Assembly: GCA_044892505.1 (NCBI GenBank) | Contig: CM097882.1 | Coordinates: 292,144,001 to 292,208,000, forward strand | Direction: 5' to 3' | Length of the DNA stretch: 64,000 bases | From: Schmidtea nova | Lineage: Eukaryota | Shown here: positions 11,751 through 23,300 of the stretch, in pieces | Layout: each line of letters starts with the position of its first letter | How positions within the stretch are numbered: position 1 is the first letter of the stretch | Notes under the pieces: model-generated | The model's database searches: none | Told to the model about the DNA's origin: nothing | Seen by the model: the letters and a program-made list of their open reading frames with translations, nothing else | Made by a program: the position numbers and the translations under genes

Positions 11751-12440
11751 GTTGGTGTGTTTGTAATGCACACGTGTTTTGTAATTAATTTTACATTTTT
11801 CATGTATATAAAATAACTTTTTTGAGTTTTGCTTGTAATATTATATGTATAAAATTTAAATGTCTACAAAATGGCTTTATTAGAAATCTGAAAGTTGTCG
11901 TATTTTGTAATACACACGTGTTTTGTAATTAATTTTGCATTTTTCGTGTATATAAAATAAGTTTATTGAGTTTTCATTGTAATAAAGTATAAGTAAAATT
12001 TAATTTCCTATAAAATGGCTTGATTAGAAAATTAGTTTGTTGGTGTGTTTGTAATACACACGTGTTTTGTAATTAATTTTGCATTTTTCATGTATATAAA
12101 ATAAATTTATTGACTTTTCATTGTAATAAAGTATACGTAAAATTTAATTTCCTATAAAATGGCTTTATTAGAAAATCTAAAAGTTGTCGTCTTTCGTGTT
12201 ACACACGTGTTTTGTAATTACTTTTGTAAGTTTTAGTTATTTAAAATAACTTTAGTGAGTTTTCATTGTAATTACATATAGATAAATTTTAATTGCCTAC
12301 AAAATAGCTTTATTAAATTTAAGTATATCGATATGTTTGTGATGCACACGTGTTTTGTAATAAAATACTGGGATTTTTTCGACTATTTAGCATAGATTTA
12401 TCGAATATTTATTGTAATCATGTGTAGATATAATTTTATT
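11581..12440 (+). repeat. Tandem repeat, 144-bp unit, about 6 copies, each with a CACGTG palindrome
   Basis: AAATGGCTT-type starts at 11581, 11725, 11869, 12013, 12157 and 12302 (variant). Confidence 0.92.
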
Positions 12441-12774
12441 TCTATCATAAACTAATGAAAATTATAAAAGTTTTGTGTGTGTTATTGACAATTCTAATGT
12501 ATTTTATCAAAATTAATTAAAATATTTTTTATAACTGACGTAATTATTGAAATGTAATATAATTTCGACGTAATTTACTGAAATATTTAGTCTAATATAT
12601 TTTAATCATATGACATGCATGGAATTCATTGAAATATTTTATAACTTTGATGTGTATTATAATTTGTTGAAATAACTTTTCTAGTTTTTTAAAATACTGC
12701 AACGTAATATATATTTAGTTATAATTCTCTATCATTTCTCTATTTGATGATAATAATACCTTTACTGCCTCTTA

Positions 12775-12870
12775 CTCGAATCTGATTGGCTGATAAGAAT
12801 AAATTTCCTACCCCTTACTCGATTTTTATTGGTCAAAGGTTATGTGTGTGTAATAACTTTGATATATAAA
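12775..12870 (+). promoter_or_regulatory. Putative pPolB-1 promoter: two inverted CCAAT boxes and a TATA box
   Basis: CTTACTCGA...ATTGG repeated at 43-bp spacing (ATTGG at 12785 and 12828); TATATAAA at 12863-12870, about 50 bp before the ATG at 12920. Confidence 0.5.
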
Positions 12871-12919
12871 CAATACTTTTTCATTCATTATTCACTTTAA
12901 CAAATAATAAGCATTTAAA

Positions 12920-15900
12920 ATGAACATTATAACAAGTTTTATGAACGAAAACCCAAGTGGAAAAGAAAATGGTAAATTTATTTTTTAATTTATTATCATT
13001 TAGTATTAATTTAGGTAATATCAATAATTCAATTGGGAAATCGATGTTAGAAAATGCGGAAGAAAATGGTACTTGATCATTAACTTAGTAAATTATTTAA
13101 TTTTTACTTTAGGTGATGTAAATATGACTGGAAAAACTACCGTACAAGCTGAGATTGTTAATAATGAGAATATTGTGAATAATGGAGTTATACCTGATGT
13201 GGTATTGAATGTTCAATGTAAGTTTTGATTAATTTTAATTATTTGATTAACTTTTAATTAATTTAGTAAATAAATATAGTAAAATATTTGTAAATATATA
13301 ATTTGATAATATTATTATTATTTTTAACATTACTTTACATTCATAGGTTCTTTATACCCAAATTATTGCTTTTCAACTGACCACAACGATAATTGTCGTC
13401 GATCAATGGAGCAATATTATGGACACTCTTATTATAAAATTCGCTATTATATATGTCCCGTATGCCAAACTTCCCAACCCTTTACATATAAAAATTTTTA
13501 CGATGAACATAAGGATCATTTAAATGAATATAGGTCTAAGAAAATAAAATTATTTAAAAGACCAAACTTGACTCAAAACCCTATAAATAATAAAAAGATT
13601 AAATTGAACATAGATATAATCAAGAAATCACAAAGTTTACAAGAAGAGATTAAAGACAAGATTTTATTAGAAGCGATGGATGCGGATGAAGCGGATGAAA
13701 ACAAGATTTTAATTGAAGCGGTGGAAGAGATTGAAGATTTTTGGAACGTTGGATTTTATCAAACTGGAGGAAGTGTTATAGAACCTCTCCCTGTCATTGA
13801 AAGTGATTTAAATGGATCGCATAGGATTTTAAAAATTAACACTAGTGATTTAAATATAAAGCAAATTATTTTTCCACAATCAATAATTAATAAATTAATA
13901 GAAATAATTAACGAACTAGGCTATGTGAAGATACAATTTGGTATCTGTGTTGAATTTGAGAAAGATGGAGAAATTAAAAGAAACAATATTTCCAATAGTG
14001 CAAAACCTCTGACACAGACATTTTTCGAAGAGGGAATTAAAAAATTGAATGAAAAGATAACTTCATTTGCGGAATTAGGTAGCAGTTGGGTACTTAATCG
14101 TATTACTGAAAAAAGTTTTGTTGTAACTAAGATTTCCAATATAAGTAGGTTAGCAGGTAGAAGCATTGTAAAAACTCCTGAAGGATTAAAAGGAAAGAGA
14201 TGTATATTAAACATTGATAATAAGGATAATTTATGTTTTTTATATAGCATTTTAGCTATATTAAAATATGATTCAATATCTAGAAATAGAGAAAGAGTAT
14301 CAAAATATACAAATTTTTTGTCAGAGCTCAAATATGATATATCAGAAATGACCATGAAACTAAATAGTATCAGAAAATTCGAGGCAAAGAATCCAGGATT
14401 GATCATAAATGTACTATGTTATAATAATGAAATTAATGAAGAGCAAGATGATTATATTTTAAAGCATCCTCATTTGGATATTATTCATCGGTCCAAAGTA
14501 ATAGAAGGAAAAACTATAAATTTATTGTTATTAAATGAAGGGGAAAAATATCATTATGTATCTATTATAAATTTAAAACGTTTAATGAATTGTCACCAAA
14601 GCATTTATTGTACTACTAGGATAAGAAGTGAATGGTGCAGTAGATGTTTAAATGGTTTCCAAAATAAATTATCGTTGGAAAAACATGAGATTTTATGCAG
14701 AAAAAATCAACTAGGAACAACATTATACACTTTCCCGGAAAATAAAATGCTAAAATCTACAGATTGGTCAAAAACTGTTACCCCACCATTTGTTATTTAT
14801 GCAGACTTTGAATCAATTTTACCAAAGGATGATGTATATTATCAGAAACACTTGCCTATTTCTGCGGGGCTTTTGTTAATAAATAACTTTGATGGGACAA
14901 AATCTTACCAACAATTCATTGGACTAAAATGTGTAGAAGAGTTTTTGACTGAAATCAATGATATAGGAGAAAAAGTAGTTTTACCTTACTTTATAAATAA
15001 TTCCAAAAAGAAAATGGAATATCTTTCTCCTGCACAAATAAGATCATTTCGTAGTTCTATAATTTGTTATTTGTGTAATAAACCTTTGAAAAATCCGGTT
15101 AAAGATCATGACCATTATACAGGTAAATACTTGGGTGCGGCTTGCGCTAAATGCAATTTTTCTCGGCAAATAAGATTCATTATGCCTGTACAATTTCATA
15201 ATTTACGCGGATATGATTTGCATCATATCCTCAAGTATGATTTAAATAAATTCGATAAATGGAATATAAGTTGTATTCATATTACAAGTGAAAAGTTTTT
15301 GACTTTATATGCAAGAGTCGATAGTTTAACTATTAAATTTATCGATTCTTGCCAATTTGTAAGCTCCAGCTTAAACGATGCTGTAAAGACATTAACAGAT
15401 TCTCCTCTTACTTCATCCAAATTTATAGGGACTATAGTTACTTCCAAAGGCATATTCCCATATAATTTTGCAACTTCTTTAGAGGTTTTACAAAATACAT
15501 ACGAGTTGCCACCGATTTGGGAAGGAGTTAATATCGACGAGTATGAAAAAGCTCAACATATATGGGATGAATTTAATTGTGAAACATTGTTTGATTATAT
15601 GATGTTATACCTGAAATTGGATGTTTTCTTACTTGTCGACTTTTTTCAGCAATTTAGGGCAAAATCCATTGCACATAACCGACTTGAGCCTCTTAATTTC
15701 TTGGGAATTCCAGACATGTCATGGAATTCAGCTTTGATGACTTTGAAATCTCCTATCAAATTGCTTCAAGATATGGAGATGTATAATATTTTCGAAGGGG
15801 GGATCCATGGTGGGTTAACATTTGTTAATAAACACCATGTAGTATCCTCCGACGACACTGAGCTTCTTTATATAGATATAAATAATTTATATGGGTGGGC

Positions 15901-17191
15901 TTTAAGCCAAAAACTACCTTATAAAGAATTTAAATGGGTAACTGATAGGGAAAAATTAAATAAAATAATTTATTACTGTGAATCTGCTGATTTAGAAGTA
16001 TTAACATTTGGATTTACATTAGAAGTCAATTTAGAAATTCCTGATTCGATTCACGACAAGTTGGATGATTTGCCAGTTGCCGCTGAAAAGATGTGTCAAC
16101 CTGGCTCAAAGGTTGAGAAGTTGATGCTTACGCATTATCCCAAGAAGAACTATGTTCTTCATTGGAGACTTCTCAAACTTTTTCTTTCTCTTGGAGTAAA
16201 AATAACTCATGTCCATAGGGCAATTAAATTTAAACAAGCATGTATTTTTAAGGATTACATCGATACCAATACCAGACTTAGAGCAGAATCAAGTAATGCT
16301 CTGGGTAAAAATTATTATAAATTATTAAATAATAGTCTCTACGGTAAAACCGTAGAGAATCTTAAAAAGCGCATAAATTTAAGATTATGTAATTCGGCTT
16401 CTAGGCTGATTACATATACTTCTAAGCCAACTTTTAAAAGGACCTTCGAAATTGACGATGATTTGGTTGCCGTCTTGCTGAATCAGGAATCGGTGTGTTT
16501 GGATAGACCCAGCTACATTGGTCAAACTGTACTGGATCTATCTAAACTTAGAATGTACCAGCTGCAGTATGAAGAGTTACAAAAATATCGTAACGAATTC
16601 AACTGCGAAATCAACATAGTTGCTGGTGACACCGATTCGTTTTTTCTTGAGATTAGAAATTGTAAGCTTGATATTCTTTTACCGGCCAAGATAAGAGATA
16701 ACTTACTTGACACTTCTAATTATGACCCGAATCACCCATTATATAGTAGGAACCTTGATTCTGTCATTGGCAAGTTCAAAGACGAGAATAAAGGACTTAA
16801 AGACGAGGAGTGGGTGTTTCTTAGACCTAAATGTTATAGTCTTTTAGGTGACGAGGAAACTAATAAAGCTAAGGGGGCAACATTAGCGGGTACTGACATA
16901 AAGCATCAGTCGTACCTGGACTGTTTTAATAATAACCAAATATTTTCTGTTCCCCAAACGAGAATCACAAGTAAAAATCACCAACTTTTTACTATTAAAA
17001 ATGAAAAGACTGCACTGACAAACGCAGATGATAAAAGGAAATGGGTGGCGAAAAATAAAAGCTTGGCATATGGCCATTATATTGGAGGTGACTTGGTTAT
17101 ATTTCAACATACCAATCCAAGAATCAATCCATATCACCAATTCCAAGATCAAACTGAAGAAGAAACAGTTTTATTAAATAAAATTTGTTGA
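12920..17191 (+). CDS. pPolB: Polinton protein-primed DNA polymerase B, copy 1; predicted 4 exons (12920-12971, 13015-13068, 13113-13217, 13347-17191)
   Basis: Exo motifs YADFES, FHNLRGYD and YLKLDV; pol motifs YIDINNLYG, KLLNNSLYGK and GDTDS; endonuclease-VII-like CxxC...DHDH...CxxC insert. Three GT-AG phase-1 introns join an upstream ATG in frame. Confidence 0.93.
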
Positions 17192-17339
17192 AGAACTTTG
17201 TTTTTAATTATTTAGTTATATATTGTACAGATTAGTTTCAGTCTGTTTTTATAATTTGGGTAATAACTTTTAGAAACTATGGTTACGTCATAGAAATAAT
17301 AGTAATATTATTAATAATAATAATAAATAATTAGTTTAA

Positions 17340-18373
17340 TAAATAAGAGAACACCATTTTTTAAAATATATTAATGCAATATATTTCGACAGCTTAGCTG
17401 TCATCATCAGGCTTTTCACAATCTCAATAAAATAAAAATTGATCTTAATTATACGCTTAATAGTGATTACATAATTACGTGTGCATAATCCAATAAAACT
17501 TTTATTTACCCTAATAAAATTAATTAAACACTCTCAAAATGCATGTAGATATTGCATTTTGTATATTTATTTTAGGATTAAATGATTTTATCATCAAAGC
17601 CTCACAATTCACACGTTCATAATAATTTTTAAATCCACTAGAAAGTATTTTGAAATTAGAAATATCAATGCTCTTCTTGCAAGTCTTATAATGCTCAATA
17701 ATGTTACTCTTTCCGCTCTTTCTGGCATGTTCTTGAACTCGTGTACAGAGATGACGGGCAGTCTCTCCAATGTATGTGGCATTATACCCATTACAAGTAA
17801 AACGATATACGAGATCAGAACACAGACCAAATGGCGTCACAGATTTATTACTGAACATGTCACGAACTTTGCAAGACTTAGAAATTATTTTAACATTAGT
17901 ATTTCCAATATATTTTATAATAGATTTTTTAAAATTTACAAATTTTTATTTAATAGTTTATTTAGATTAGATTGTACTTCAGTTCCAATATTCAAGAGAT
18001 ATTTAAAACTTTACAAATCTGTGAGGAAAAAAGAATTAGATATTTCATTTTTAGAAACGTGTTTGGAAGATCATATGATACCAGCATTTATTTTTAAAAT
18101 GAAATTGAATGATTGCCTACTCGATGATGACGTTCGAATGATTCATCGACGAACTTTAAGGAGAATTTTGGAATTGGAGAAAAGGCGAAGAAATTATCTT
18201 GTTAAGCAACTTTCAGTAGTATGATTGGTCTTGTACGAGGTGATTGGTGATTTTCATTTTTACATGTGCATTAAATCCGTAATTTTAAACTCACAACGTT
18301 GTTTAAGATCAAAAATTGATTGTCAAAATAAAAAAATAAAAAATTTGAGAAAATTGTTTGGTGCACCAAAATG
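17340..18373. mobile_element. Second Penelope-like element: inverted 3' pLTR (minus strand, ~17340-17880) followed by the 5' part of the ORF (plus strand, ~17880-18373)
   Basis: 17520..17858(-) is a GIY-YIG tail homologous to 2665..3040. The plus-strand frame ...ISFLETCLEDHMIPAF...KKIKNL resembles the PLE N-terminal domain. Confidence 0.8.
17376..17412 (-). ncRNA. Minimal type I hammerhead ribozyme
   Basis: gc-CUGAUGA-U-GACAGC(uaa)GCUGUC-GAAA-UAUA-UU-gc. Confidence 0.8.
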
Positions 18374-18374
18374 T

Positions 18375-19004
18375 CAATTAGTTGATGCAAAATTAATGAT
18401 TCGTCGAGTTCGTGTTGAATCATCGGTATTAGCTGGACATCAAATTGGACTAAATTCAAAACATGCAATTTATCCAATGAAAAACAAGGAAATTGTAACT
18501 TTTGCTATAGGCAAAGGGGCTTCATCATTTTACAAAGAACAAATATTTGGAGATAGAAGAATGCCTAATTTTATTCTTGTAGCTTTCCAAAGTGAAACTC
18601 AATACAATGGATCATATAATGCTTCAAGTTCAAAATTCAAACATTTTAATGTAACTTCTCTATCTCTATCGAAAAACACTGATTATCGGGAAACATATAC
18701 TCAAGATTTTGAAAACGATAATTATTGTACTACATACATGCAGTCTATTGTGAGAAATATGGGTTATTTGGATAAAAATTTGAATTGTGGTATAAGTCTT
18801 GCTGATTTTAAAGCAAAATATCCATTCTTTACTTTTGTTTTGGCTCCTGATTTTGATTTAAATCAAAGTCAATTACCTCAAAATGGAAATTTGAGATTGG
18901 ATATAAAGTTTGCAAAAGCAATTGAAGAACCGGTACACGTAATAATATATGGAGTTTTTGAAAATGAAATTCAAATTACGTCTAATCGAACAATACTGGT
19001 TTGA
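18375..19004 (+). pseudogene. Polinton major capsid protein (hexon-like), C-terminal half only
   Basis: LVDAKLMIRRVRV...IYPM...EQIFG..MPNFILVAF...FKHFNV...FVLAPD...GNLRLDIKFAKAIEEPVHVIIYGVFENEIQI matches my recollection of the Polinton MCP C-terminus. The N-half is replaced by PLE sequence. Confidence 0.85.
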
Positions 19005-19059
19005 GCAGAGCTGGTTTGAACTCTCAGTATAAATGAAACAATAGAGTATTAAAATTGTT

Positions 19060-19443
19060 ATGGAGTAAGTCTTTAATATTTTCAAATAAATTAATTTATT
19101 TAGTTCAATTCAGGTAAATCGAATTGGAAAACAATTATTGGGTACTGAATTTATTGGAGTGTATCCATTAGATAAAATCCCGTACTTGGATGACAATCAA
19201 GCTATTATCATCAATACACAGTCATCATCTTTGGGTGGGGAACATTGGATTGCTGTATATGTGAAACCAAACAAGATTCATGTATTCGATCCATTTGGAT
19301 GTTATTATCCAGGTTTATTAGTTAGTAAACTACAAACAATAGGTAAACCGATTGTATATAATAAAATTAGATATCAACATCCACTGACAATTACTTGTGG
19401 TCAACATTGTCTTGCATGTCTAAACTCAATGTTATATCTATAA
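19060..19443 (+). CDS. Adenain-like cysteine protease (Polinton PRO); predicted 39-bp intron 19065-19103
   Basis: GEHW, FDPFG and Q-x6-CG catalytic motifs. ATGGA|GTAAGT...TTTAG|T gives MDSIQVNRIGKQLLGTEFIGVYPLD. TATAAAT at 19028. Confidence 0.88.
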
Positions 19444-19460
19444 ACAATGTAGTTTAATAA

Positions 19461-19895
19461 ATGTTCTTTATAAAAATGACTTGTTATTTTATTGATATTT
19501 ATGGTTATAATGATAATGCAGGTGGATTAATTATTAAGGAATTGTGTATTATGAATGTAAATAATATTTTACGCCCAAAGTATTGGATATATAATGATTT
19601 ACCATTTTGGGCAGGAGTTGAATTTCCTGATCGATTGGAATGGTATGAAGGAGAAGATTATTTTTGTTCAACGTGTATTTTGAATGATATTGAAGATACA
19701 AGTGAAATTTTCTATGTCAGTGATCATGATAAACTTATTATTTTGAAAAAATATTTCCCGAATTTGAGACTAATTAAATATACATTAAAAGAAGCTCAAG
19801 AAGTTCCTGACAATATTTCATGCCCATATCGTGATCATTCTCATTGTGCTTATAAGAATTGTTTGGTTAATGCATTAGATTATTTAAAATGTTAA
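19461..19895 (+). CDS. Small Polinton-associated protein with DEDD-exonuclease-like start and Cys/His tail
   Basis: FIDIYGYNDNAGGLIIKEL motif and CPYRDHSHCAYKNC tail; lies between the protease and pPolB. Confidence 0.55.
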   Translation: MFFIKMTCYFIDIYGYNDNAGGLIIKELCIMNVNNILRPKYWIYNDLPFWAGVEFPDRLEWYEGEDYFCSTCILNDIEDTSEIFYVSDHDKLIILKKYFPNLRLIKYTLKEAQEVPDNISCPYRDHSHCAYKNCLVNALDYLKC

Positions 19896-20328
19896 ATAAA
19901 TATATTTAAATTGTTAAATAAATATATTTAAATTGTAAAATAATGTAATTATCTGAAATAAATGTATTAAATGTTATATTTTTGCAATTCAAATGCAATG
20001 CATATGCAATTCATATCCATGTATTACTCATAGGTTCATTAAAAAGGTCATAATAATAATACACACAGGCATAGGTCATGTTAACACACTTATGCATACA
20101 TACATAATAAATATATAAGCAAACATGCATGTATACACATTACACATACAAACACATTAGTATATCTTGTATAAACATGCATACCATATATATATATATA
20201 TTTTCCTATCCTAAATCGCTTTTCATTGGATGATTATAAATATTGAAAATTATAGTTATATATATACAATATCTTTTACTTTTTATTTCACTTTTACAAT
20301 CTAAATTTCAAACTATATTCAACACAAC

Positions 20329-23300
20329 ATGTTCAACACAATCAATAATATTAAATCAAAGGTTTTTACCAATATGGGTAAATTATTTATTTTATTTTAT
20401 TTATTATTTTAATTTTTATGATTTAGCAGCTTCGGCATCGGCTTTTTCTAATTATCGAGTCAGAAGAAATGTTGTTTTGGGTATTAACGGTAATTTATTA
20501 GTTATATTATTTATAAAATTATTAAAATATTTTAGAGATTAGATCAATTAATGCGGAGCAGATAAGAAACAATGAATCTATTACTACTTGTGATAATACA
20601 ATTAATGATATATCATCTCAAAATATGGTGGCCGAAAATATGACAGTTTACGATATGCCAGCGACGAATATGCTAAGCGGGAATGCCGATATAATAGGCA
20701 ATTTGATGATATTCAATGACAACTGTAAGTAGTATTTTTATTATTTGGTAATTTTATGATTTTAAATATTAATAAATTGTAAATGATTTTTCATTTTTAA
20801 TTAAGAAATTATTATAAAATTTTATACTATATAATAAATTATCATAAAATGTTACAAGTTTATTTTTATAACAAGTATTTTTAATAATAATTAATTTTTT
20901 AATATATATTCAGGCTCATTGTATCCTAATTATTGTGTTTCATCAATGGCACATAATAATCAATGCCATGATCTTATGGCGAAATATTTTCATCATAAGT
21001 TTAATGGCATTGACTTTTTTATATGTCCGAAATGTGAAACATCCCACGCCCAAACCTATTCCGACTTTTATAATGATCATAAAGTTCATCTTTCCCAATT
21101 CTTTAAAAATAAAAAATCCATCTTTAAAAATTCAAATATTATAAATAATATAAATACCATAAATACTAGAAATACTAGAAATACTAGAAATACAAATAAT
21201 ATAAATACTAATAAATACAAAAGACCTGCTGATATTAAAATCAATTACGCGTCAAAGAAAATTAAAAAAGATCTTATTATTATTAGTGATGATGAGGATG
21301 TTGAAATTCAACAACCCATAATTTTAAATAATGAAATTTTAAATAATAATCAAATAGGGGGATCTATTGATTTAGATAGTTCTATCAACATTGATGATGA
21401 ACCTGTTATTGAAACAGATTTAAAAGGAGCTCGTCGAGCATTAACATTTAATATAATTAAATTTAATATTAATAGTATAGTGTTAACAGATAGAATTACT
21501 ACCAGATTAGAAAAAGAAATTAATAAAATGGGGAGTGTTAAAATTCAGTTTGCCGTAAATATAGAGTTTGAGAAAGATGGGGTTTATAAAAATGAATTTT
21601 TATCAAATAGTGCTGAAGTGTTTTCCAATACTTTTTTAATAGAGGGTATTCGGAAATTAAATAAAAAAATTGAAAATTTTACACAAATGGGTAGCGGCTG
21701 GCATGTAAATAAAATTAGGGAAATCCATTTCATTTTAACTAAATATTCATCAATTAATAGATTAACTGAACATGGACACTTTAAAACTCCAAAAGAATTA
21801 AAGGGGAAACGTGCCATTATAAATGTAAACAATTCAGACGATTTATGTTTTATATATAGTATTTTGGCTATATTAAAGCGTAATGAAATAAATAATAATC
21901 AAAATGTAATATCAAGTTACACACAATTCTTAGATGAAATTAATTTTGACCCAATAGATGATTGCCCTATGAAACTCTGTAACATTCCTAAATTTGAAAG
22001 AAATAATCCAGGCTTAGCAATTAACGTATTATCGTATAATCCCACAAATGTTCCTAATGAGGATGATGAATATAATGAAGAATACGTATCTCATCATCCT
22101 CATTTAGATATTATTCATAGAACAAAATTAACCGAATTTACCCCAATTTATTTATTATTATTAGAAAATAATAGGAATTTCCATTATACTGCAGTAATTA
22201 ATTTGCAAAAATTAATGAATTGTCATAAAAATAATATAATAGATGTTAGGATAAGGTGCAATTGGTGCCCAAGGTGTCTCAATGGTTTCCGTCTCCAGGA
22301 AGCCTTTGATCGACATATTGAATTATGTAATAAAAATCAAGTGGGGACAACTTTGTATACCCTTCCCAAAAATAAAAATTTAGAATTTGGTGATTACTCG
22401 AAAACAGTAACACCACCTTTTGTAATTTACGGGGACTTTGAATCAATTTTACCAATTGATGTCCAATACCATCAAAAACATTTACCCATATCAGCAGGAC
22501 TATTATTAGTAAATAATTTTAATAATTCTAATTCATATTTTAATTTTATTGGACCTGACTGCATTTTCGAATTTTTGAAAAAGGTTGAGGAAATTGCTGA
22601 CACAATAGTACTCCCATATTATGAACTACATGGTAAGACTCCAATAAATACTTTATCTTTTGACGAGGAACGGTCTTTTAAAACTTGTTCACACTGCTAT
22701 CTTTGTAAAAAACCTATAAGGAATCGCGTAAGAGACCATGATCACTTTTCTGGTAAATATCTTGGTGCTGCGTGTAAGATTTGTAACGTTTCAAGAAGAA
22801 TTAGAAAACACTTACCGGTTATATTTCATAACTTGAGGGGCTATGACTTACATCACATTTTGAAGTATGGTCTTAGCAGTTTTCCATCTTGGGAATTAAA
22901 TATTATTCCAACAACAACGGAAAAATCTATTTCCTTAATAGCACATATAAATAAACTTGCTGTTCGTTTTATCGACAGTTATCAATTTATAACTGCATCT
23001 TTATCAAATGCAGTTAAAACCATTTCTTCATTACCTTTAACTGCTTCTGCTTTTAGTGGTGCAATCATGGATTGTAAGGGTATTTTTCCTTTCAATTTCG
23101 CGACAAGTTTAGAAATTTTGGAATCGACTTTTGAACTACCACCTATCTGGCCTGAAGTATCTGAGGCGGAGTATATAAAAGCACAACAAATCTGGCGTGA
23201 TAATAGTTGTAATACCTTACTTGACTATATGTTAATCTACTTAAAATTAGACGTATTTCTCCTTGCAGACTTTTTTCAACAGTTTCGTGCAAAGTCCATT

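Noticed and set aside
20040-20200. CATA/CACA-rich tract with weak similarity to 58200-58270
   Set aside because: Low complexity; the similarity is not convincing by eye.
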